IMG/VR virus record: IMGVR_UViG_3300044617_002354 | DNA from: an uncultured virus (IMG/VR IMGVR_UViG_3300044617_002354) | Lineage: Duplodnaviria > Heunggongvirae > Uroviricota > Caudoviricetes | Length of the DNA stretch: 64,000 nucleotides | Direction: 5' to 3' (one strand) | Part shown: piece by piece, positions 57,985 through 64,000 of the stretch | Position numbering within the stretch: the first letter of the stretch is position 1 | Layout of the letters: each line of letters opens with the position of its first letter | Made by a program: the position numbers and the translations under genes | The notes under the pieces: model-generated | Database searches by the model: none | Seen by the model: the letters and a program-made list of their open reading frames with translations, nothing else | Told to the model about the DNA's origin: nothing

Positions 57985-58889
57985 ATACAAAATTAGATAA
58001 TACAGAAATAAGTAAAGTTTTAGGGCAAAGAGTTGATGCCCCGAAACAGTACAGTAAGGATATCTTGGTTCGAGAGAAAAGATCTAATAATCGAGAATAT
58101 CTAAATATTAAAGAAGAAGAGCTACCGTTTTTCGGTGTCGATATTTGGAATAACTGGGAAATAAGCGCCCTTACCGAGGGTGGGTTACCGGTTACAGGTG
58201 TAGCAAAAATTACATACCCGTGTAATAGCCCGTATATTGTTGAGTCAAAATCGGCAAAACTTTATTTTAACTCATTCAATATGACAAAATTTGGAAAAAC
58301 ACCAGAAGAAGTAATTAGCAATATCGAGAGAGTAGCAAGTTTGGATTTATCCGAATTCTTAGAGACAAAAGTAGAAGTACATATTTTTTCTTCTGCAAAT
58401 AATCCATACACTTCAGATGCGGAAGGCTATTTTAATACATTTAAACTTATAGATAGAGTTAACCCGCACCTTGTTACAGATGTATATAGTGAGAGTAAAG
58501 AGTTATTAAGTTGGGAAGCCGGTGACACTCTTGCACCGATACCACAGCGATTTTCGAGCACTCTGTTAAGATCTAATTGCCGTGTAACCAATCAACCAGA
58601 TGCGGGAGATGTTTTTATAAGTATAACGTCATCTAAAATAATTGATCAAGAGAGTTTATTAAAATATATTATAAGTTTTAGAAATGAATGTCATTTTCAC
58701 GAAGAAGTTTGTGAGTGTATATACACGAGACTTAATGAGGTGTACGCTCCCACTGAACTTCTCGTTATGTGTTTTTACGTAAGACGAGGTAGTTTAGATA
58801 TTAACCCAATACGGGCAAGTAAAATGGAAGTAATACCTGGTTTTTTATTAGAACCTAAAGCCCCGTACGCAAAATTTCGCAGACAGTGA
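57981..58889 (+). CDS. queF: NADPH-dependent preQ0 reductase (long bimodular type)
   Basis: DIWNNWEISAL, VESKSAKLYFNS, LLRSNCRVTNQPD (catalytic Cys), FHEE, RRGSLDINP.R. Confidence 0.92.
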   Translation: MNTKLDNTEISKVLGQRVDAPKQYSKDILVREKRSNNREYLNIKEEELPFFGVDIWNNWEISALTEGGLPVTGVAKITYPCNSPYIVESKSAKLYFNSFNMTKFGKTPEEVISNIERVASLDLSEFLETKVEVHIFSSANNPYTSDAEGYFNTFKLIDRVNPHLVTDVYSESKELLSWEAGDTLAPIPQRFSSTLLRSNCRVTNQPDAGDVFISITSSKIIDQESLLKYIISFRNECHFHEEVCECIYTRLNEVYAPTELLVMCFYVRRGSLDINPIRASKMEVIPGFLLEPKAPYAKFRRQ

Positions 58890-58927
58890 GTTGATTTTTA
58901 AAACCATAATATTAAAATATATTCGAT

Positions 58928-59290
58928 ATGAAACAAGAAAATACGTTAATTACATTTTTAGACTCAGTCGGTAGAACTGTACTGGGTGAAAAAGTTGAAG
59001 AAAAAACTACAGACAAAATTTTAGCGGTTAAAAACCCTGCAGTTGTCGCTATCTCCCCTCAACCACAGGGTGGTTTGCAACTTCAAATTCTTCCTTTATT
59101 TTTTAAAGAGTTTTTAGCAGATAAAAATGAGTCTACAGTTTGGTTGTATCAAAAGAACACTCTTACAATGTGTGAACAAATTCTTTTTGATTTTAAGCTT
59201 AACGCTCAATATCAACAGCTATTTGCACCGATACCTGTCCAGCCTCAAGGACAATCTCCCGAAGTCGTTAAACTTTTTGACGACGAATAA
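58928..59290 (+). CDS. hypothetical protein, possible Sm-like fold
   Basis: G.TVLG....L.VKNPAV pattern; own promoter at 58891. Confidence 0.55.
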   Translation: MKQENTLITFLDSVGRTVLGEKVEEKTTDKILAVKNPAVVAISPQPQGGLQLQILPLFFKEFLADKNESTVWLYQKNTLTMCEQILFDFKLNAQYQQLFAPIPVQPQGQSPEVVKLFDDE

Positions 59291-59313
59291 AAAAATACAA
59301 CATAACAAAGAAA

Positions 59314-59349
59314 ATGCTTCACAGTAAAATCGTGAGGCATTTTTTTTTA
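59314..59349 (+). terminator. intrinsic terminator
   Basis: atgcttcac/gtgaggcat stem followed by a long T run. Confidence 0.75.
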
Positions 59350-59352
59350 TTC

Positions 59353-59380
59353 TTGAATACCTGTAAAAAGAGTTTATAAT
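59353..59380 (+). promoter_or_regulatory. sigma70-like promoter of uvsX
   Basis: TTGAAT-N16-TATAAT. Confidence 0.65.
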
Positions 59381-59382
59381 TA

Positions 59383-60495
59383 GTGGTAAATATGAAAAAC
59401 AAAAACGAAGACTCTTCTTTAAAAGATATTTTTAAAAGTGTTGATGATTTAAATCCAGATGCTGCGATACTTGACACCGCGACCCTTTCAACAGCAGAAG
59501 ACTGGATAGATACTGGTTCATACGCTTTAAACGCTATTATTTCCGGGTCTCTTTATAAAGGAGTTCCTGCAGGTAGAATCACGGGCTTTGCTGGCCCGTC
59601 TATGGCAGGTAAAACACTCATAATGAATAAAATCATGGCAAACGCTCAGAAGAAAGGATATATGCCAGTGATTTGGGATTCTGAAGTAGCTGTAGATCGT
59701 AAGAGTGCAGAAAACGCCGGGATGGATACTTCTAAAGTGAAATATTACCCTGTGGAGACAATCGAAGATTGTAGAAATCAAATGTGTCTTTTTTTAGATA
59801 ATGTTATAAAAGCTGATAACCCAAATTTAAAGTTTATAGTTGCAATAGATTCTTTAGGTAATTTAGCGAGCGCTAAAGAAGTTAGAGATACAGCAGCTGG
59901 AAAAGAAGCAAGCGATGTCGGTCAGAGAGCAAAAGCGATAAAATCTATGATGAGAACACTCACATATAAAGCCGCTAAAGCTCGTGTTCCGATTCTTTTT
60001 AGCAATCACATATACGAAGGTATGGAGATGTTCCCAACTCTTGTAAAAACACAAAGTGGTGGGAAAGGACCAATTTATTTAGCATCTGTTCTTGTGCAGT
60101 TGAGCACAAGAAACGAAAAAACATCTGACAACCCTGAAGAAGAGTCTATTGCAATTTCTCATAATATTTCAGGGGTCACGTTAGGCGCTTTAACTGTGAA
60201 AAATAGGTTCGTACCATCTTATCTTAAGACTGAATTATATTTAAATTTTAAAACCGGTCTGGATAAATATGCAGGCTTATTTGAGATAGCAGAAGCATTC
60301 GGGGTTATAGAAAAACCAGGTCGCACGGTTATGTATAAAGGTGAAAGCCTCGGGTACAGGAAAGATGTTGAAAAATCAGCTGGGTTTTGGGAAAAGATAA
60401 TGCCAGAGCTAGAAGAAACATTACAGAAAAAATTATGCTATGGTACATCTGGAAAAATTACTGAAGAAATTGAAAACGACGTAAAGTCTATTTAA
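59383..60495 (+). CDS. uvsX: RecA-like recombinase UvsX
   Basis: IDTGSYALN, GPSMAGKT, DSE, IDSLGNL, SGG.G..Y, KNRF. Confidence 0.92.
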   Translation: MVNMKNKNEDSSLKDIFKSVDDLNPDAAILDTATLSTAEDWIDTGSYALNAIISGSLYKGVPAGRITGFAGPSMAGKTLIMNKIMANAQKKGYMPVIWDSEVAVDRKSAENAGMDTSKVKYYPVETIEDCRNQMCLFLDNVIKADNPNLKFIVAIDSLGNLASAKEVRDTAAGKEASDVGQRAKAIKSMMRTLTYKAAKARVPILFSNHIYEGMEMFPTLVKTQSGGKGPIYLASVLVQLSTRNEKTSDNPEEESIAISHNISGVTLGALTVKNRFVPSYLKTELYLNFKTGLDKYAGLFEIAEAFGVIEKPGRTVMYKGESLGYRKDVEKSAGFWEKIMPELEETLQKKLCYGTSGKITEEIENDVKSI

Positions 60496-60496
60496 A

Positions 60497-61843
60497 ATGT
60501 CCCAACAAGAGCAAAGTAAGCTCGATTTTGACTACTACGAGGGAGTTATTCTTTTTAACGCACTACTTAATAAAGAATATCTTGCATCAATAGTTGAACA
60601 TATTGAGCCTGAGTTTTTTAACGACAAAAATATTGGTCTTATCTTTAAATCAATTATTTCATTCTTTAATGAAAGAGGTATATCGCCGACTTTAACTGAA
60701 ATTAAAGCAAGACTTACCACAGATAATGAAAAAAAAGCCTTTAATGAAACAAGCGTAAAATTAAAGCAATTAGACCCAAAATTTAACAGAGACGAACTTA
60801 TATATAATACAGAGAGATTTTTAAAAGAAAAATGTTTACTAAAAACAATTAGTGAAACTGTCGAAAACTATACTTCAGGTAAAGTCGATATACAAGACAC
60901 GCTTAACCGGTTTGAAAAAGTTCACAATATCACGCTTATTGAGGATTTAGGGCATTGGTATTTTGAAGAAATTGATGAACACGTAAAAGAGTTAACCACA
61001 ATCTATAACCCGATTCCGACAGGTTGGAAGTTTTTAGATGAGAGATTAGAAGGTGGTTTATTTCCTAAAACATTAACATGTCTTGTAGGTCAAGTTAATG
61101 TTGGTAAGAGTATTTTTCTTGGTAATATAGCTGCGAATTTAGTATTGGAAAACAGAAATGTGTTATTAATTTCTCTTGAAATGTCTGAGTTTATGTACGC
61201 AAAAAGAATTAGCGCACAGGTTACTCAAATACCACATAATCAACTCGGTGTGTATACCGATGAGCTTAAAGAGCAAATTAAACACCTACAAAAAAAATTA
61301 GAGAGTAAATTAGTTATAAAGGAATACCCTCCAAAGACAGTTACTGTAAGACATATCGACGCGTATATTACAAAGCTTGGGCATAAAGGTTTTAAACCTG
61401 AAGTAGTTGTAATCGATTATATTAATCTTTTAAAACCTACTACAAAAAATGTAAATTCATACGAATCAGTGAAAGAAATTGCTGAACAGTTACGAGCTCT
61501 TTCCTTTAAATACAACATACCTTTTGTTACAGCAAGCCAATTGAACAGAGGTGCTTTTAATACTGCAAGCCCGGGTATGGAAGGTATCTCAGAAAGTATA
61601 GGTCTTGCTGCTACCTGCGATGTTATTTGTTCTTTATGGCAAGAACAAGAAGAAAAAGAGTTAGGTATTATTAATCTCGGTATGCAAAAAAATCGATTTG
61701 GCGCTAACCACGGCCATTGTGCGTTTAAAGTTAAGTATGAAACATTAACATTATCTGAAACGAACCCGGACTATTTTGCAACTGATTCAGCAGATTCAGT
61801 AGTTAATTCAGCAGATTCAGCTTTAAAGGTACTTGCAGAATAA
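60497..61843 (+). CDS. replicative DnaB-like helicase (T4 gp41-like)
   Basis: IPTGW, GQVNVGKS, SLEM, IDYINL, TASQLNR, SES, KNRFG. Confidence 0.93.
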   Translation: MSQQEQSKLDFDYYEGVILFNALLNKEYLASIVEHIEPEFFNDKNIGLIFKSIISFFNERGISPTLTEIKARLTTDNEKKAFNETSVKLKQLDPKFNRDELIYNTERFLKEKCLLKTISETVENYTSGKVDIQDTLNRFEKVHNITLIEDLGHWYFEEIDEHVKELTTIYNPIPTGWKFLDERLEGGLFPKTLTCLVGQVNVGKSIFLGNIAANLVLENRNVLLISLEMSEFMYAKRISAQVTQIPHNQLGVYTDELKEQIKHLQKKLESKLVIKEYPPKTVTVRHIDAYITKLGHKGFKPEVVVIDYINLLKPTTKNVNSYESVKEIAEQLRALSFKYNIPFVTASQLNRGAFNTASPGMEGISESIGLAATCDVICSLWQEQEEKELGIINLGMQKNRFGANHGHCAFKVKYETLTLSETNPDYFATDSADSVVNSADSALKVLAE

Positions 61844-61886
61844 CTACGAGTTGAAATATCATGTTCACTGAGTAAATACTTAGTGA

Positions 61887-62225
61887 ATGTTAAACGATAG
61901 AACTTTACAAAAATATATATTTCAAAGCAATCCGTTAGAGCTTATATGCACTAAAGAGTACATAACGGGGGTTCTGTTATTTGGCGCTTACGTATCAATG
62001 GTATATAATAAAAAAATTAACGCTTCTGGTCTTTTTACGGCGGTACTTCAAGATAAAGATTTAAGAGAAGCTTTTATTTATGTAACAGGTTCCCAGGATA
62101 CACATGAAGCTTTATTAGGGCTGTTGCAACTTTACCCAAATCTTATAAAATCAAAAAATACTAAAAAACTTTTCAACTCGTCTTTTAAAAGAAAAAAGAA
62201 CAGAAAAAATAATGACAGAATTTGA
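61887..62225 (+). CDS. hypothetical protein
   Basis: 112-aa ORF. Confidence 0.55.
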   Translation: MLNDRTLQKYIFQSNPLELICTKEYITGVLLFGAYVSMVYNKKINASGLFTAVLQDKDLREAFIYVTGSQDTHEALLGLLQLYPNLIKSKNTKKLFNSSFKRKKNRKNNDRI

Positions 62226-62883
62226 GAAAAGAATCTATAATACGCATTTAGCTGTTTCTAGATCTTTACGCAATAAGCCGTTTAAAAAAAGAGAAAATTT
62301 TAATAATTTTGAAACAGATTCAAAATTCTTTTTTATAAAACGTTTAGCTATTTTTTTTCAAAAATACCCTGACATTGATATGGGTATGTATTTTACAGCG
62401 CCTTATAAACTTTATAACGATGTAGAGTATTTTGATTTAAATTATTTTGCGTCCCCGCGAGCTATTAAAAGTTATTCTATTTTTAAGCAGGAGCTTTTAG
62501 GTAAATCTCCTGACCATCATAAGCAAAGTGTACTTGATTCATTACAGCAAATAGCAAAGTTTTGTCTTGAAAAACGTATTCAACTTGATGATTATATTAC
62601 ATATAAAGAGACAAGCATTGAACCTGAATGGCTTTACCATGTTAAAAAATTTAATTTAAATTTTTACGTTTTTATGGAGTTTCCAAATGTTTTTGATATA
62701 ATATCAAAATTGCCAGTTGATGAAAAAGAGCTTTTATTAGGTGATTTCGGAGTAAATTATATCACATATAAAACCCGATATAATACATCAAAATATTTAA
62801 AACAAGCTTTACAGCAGGCATACATAAAAATAAAGTTTTTTATAGATAAAGAACTTTTATCAAAAAAATCCAATAAAAAATAA
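62212..62883 (+). CDS. hypothetical protein, possible gp59-like helicase loader
   Basis: Size, position just upstream of gp32, and F....K.FF..RL..FF.KY pattern. Confidence 0.4.
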   Translation: MTEFEKRIYNTHLAVSRSLRNKPFKKRENFNNFETDSKFFFIKRLAIFFQKYPDIDMGMYFTAPYKLYNDVEYFDLNYFASPRAIKSYSIFKQELLGKSPDHHKQSVLDSLQQIAKFCLEKRIQLDDYITYKETSIEPEWLYHVKKFNLNFYVFMEFPNVFDIISKLPVDEKELLLGDFGVNYITYKTRYNTSKYLKQALQQAYIKIKFFIDKELLSKKSNKK

Positions 62884-62927
62884 TTGCATACTGTAAACAA
62901 TATACTACAATTACAAGGAATAAAATT

Positions 62928-63857
62928 ATGACATTAACTAAAAACCTATTCAGTGAAATTAAAGCAGCTCTCTCTACAAAAAAAGATGACAGCCCGTACA
63001 AAGAAATTATGAAGTTTGAACCGGGTAAAACCTATGTTGTTCGGTTAATACCGAATATTGTAGAGCCTAGAAATTCAATATATCATTACTGGCATCATAG
63101 CTGGAATAGTTTAGCTACCGGGCAGTTTGTCACCACGCTTTGCCCGTCAACGTATAATGAAAATTGCCCGATTGATAACTACGTAATGAAGACTTATCGA
63201 ACAGGTACCACGGAAGAAAAAGAAAAAATGAAACCCATTACTAGAAAAGAAGCCTGGCTGGTTAATGCTTACATTATTTCAGATCCTTCGAATCCAGAAA
63301 ACGAAGGAAAAGTAAAAATTATTAGATATGGTAAGGAGCTTGCTAAAATTATTACAAACGCCATTGAAGGGGATGATGCTGAAGAGTTTGGTGCAGAAAA
63401 AGTTTTTGATCTCGCAAATGGCAGTAGTCTTCGTATTAAATGTGAGTCTCGTGCGGGTAGTACCGGAAACGCTCGCAATTTCGTAACATATGCGTCTTCT
63501 AAGTTTATAAGCCCGTCAAGACTTGAAGGTGTTAATGAAGATCGAATTGAAGCTATTCACAACGGGGTTTTTGATTTAACTAAAATCTTTAAACCTAAAA
63601 CTCAAGCAGAATTACAAAGAATGCTTGATCAACATTTCTTTTGTATACAAGACACAGATATGGAGGACGGTAATGACGCTGAAGAAGTATCAGTGTCTAA
63701 GAAGCACTCTTTAGAGAGCGCATCAGCACCTACCCGCTCTGTAAAAGAAAAGAGTGATATGGAAGAAATTTTCAAAGGTATAGAAAACGCTCCGGAGGTT
63801 ACACCTGAACAAGATGATACAGATGAAAAACTTAAAGAACTTCTAAAAGGACTCTAA
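62928..63857 (+). CDS. single-stranded DNA-binding protein (T4 gp32-like)
   Basis: VRLIP, H...CP.T..E.CP, DPSNPENEGKV, YGK, Y.SSKF, acidic tail. Confidence 0.9.
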   Translation: MTLTKNLFSEIKAALSTKKDDSPYKEIMKFEPGKTYVVRLIPNIVEPRNSIYHYWHHSWNSLATGQFVTTLCPSTYNENCPIDNYVMKTYRTGTTEEKEKMKPITRKEAWLVNAYIISDPSNPENEGKVKIIRYGKELAKIITNAIEGDDAEEFGAEKVFDLANGSSLRIKCESRAGSTGNARNFVTYASSKFISPSRLEGVNEDRIEAIHNGVFDLTKIFKPKTQAELQRMLDQHFFCIQDTDMEDGNDAEEVSVSKKHSLESASAPTRSVKEKSDMEEIFKGIENAPEVTPEQDDTDEKLKELLKGL

Positions 63858-63869
63858 TCTTCTGTTGAT

Positions 63870-64000
63870 ATGAAAAAATTACGTTACGCAAATCACAATC
63901 ACCCTCATACTCAAGAGGAGATAAATGATTTAATCGAGAAAGGTGCAAAAGCATATGAGACATATCTCGACGCTCTTGGTTTTGATTGGAGAAATGATCC
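63870..64000 (+). CDS. folE: GTP cyclohydrolase I, N-terminal fragment (cut by the right window edge)
   Basis: MKKLRYANHNHPHTQEEINDLIEKGAKAYETYLDALGFDWRND matches the FolE N-terminus that precedes the TP.RVAK motif; queD/E/F are in the window. Confidence 0.7.
   Translation, partial: MKKLRYANHNHPHTQEEINDLIEKGAKAYETYLDALGFDWRND

Noticed and set aside
61784..61821. Short gattcagcagattcag repeat
   Set aside because: Small coding duplication in the disordered helicase C-terminus (DSADS..NSADS)
1..64000. Alternative genetic code (stop-codon reassignment)
   Set aside because: Core genes are full length and densely packed under the standard code

Overview
64 kb AT-rich segment of a large T4-like (myovirus-type) dsDNA phage genome in the standard genetic code. 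From left to right it holds: (1) two tandem DnaJ genes; (2) a late-promoter block of virion appendage genes (Pro/Thr mucin-like proteins, two RCC1-like propellers, a long fibre, a fibre chaperone, an apparently circularly permuted L-type lectin); (3) nucleotide and sugar metabolism genes (RmlD-like, two deaminases, nrdB/nrdA) plus hsp20, primase and queE/queD; (4) the T4-like core uvsY-uvsW-gp55-gp47...gp46-polB-uvsX-gp41-gp32. Two systems stand out. The first is a 7-deazaguanine DNA-modification pathway whose core cassette (TGT/DpdA-like, PurN/DpdN-like formyltransferase, P-loop kinase, QueF) lies directly after the DNA polymerase, with folE starting at the right edge. The second is a 13 kb, 16-gene glycosylation island inserted between gp47 and gp46, which may glycosylate the mucin-like virion proteins. 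Non-coding signals include a TTGnnn-N16-TAnnAT promoter class, NATAA(A/G)TA late promoters, and an inverted repeat bracketing hsp20. All family assignments come from motif recognition by eye, not database searches.
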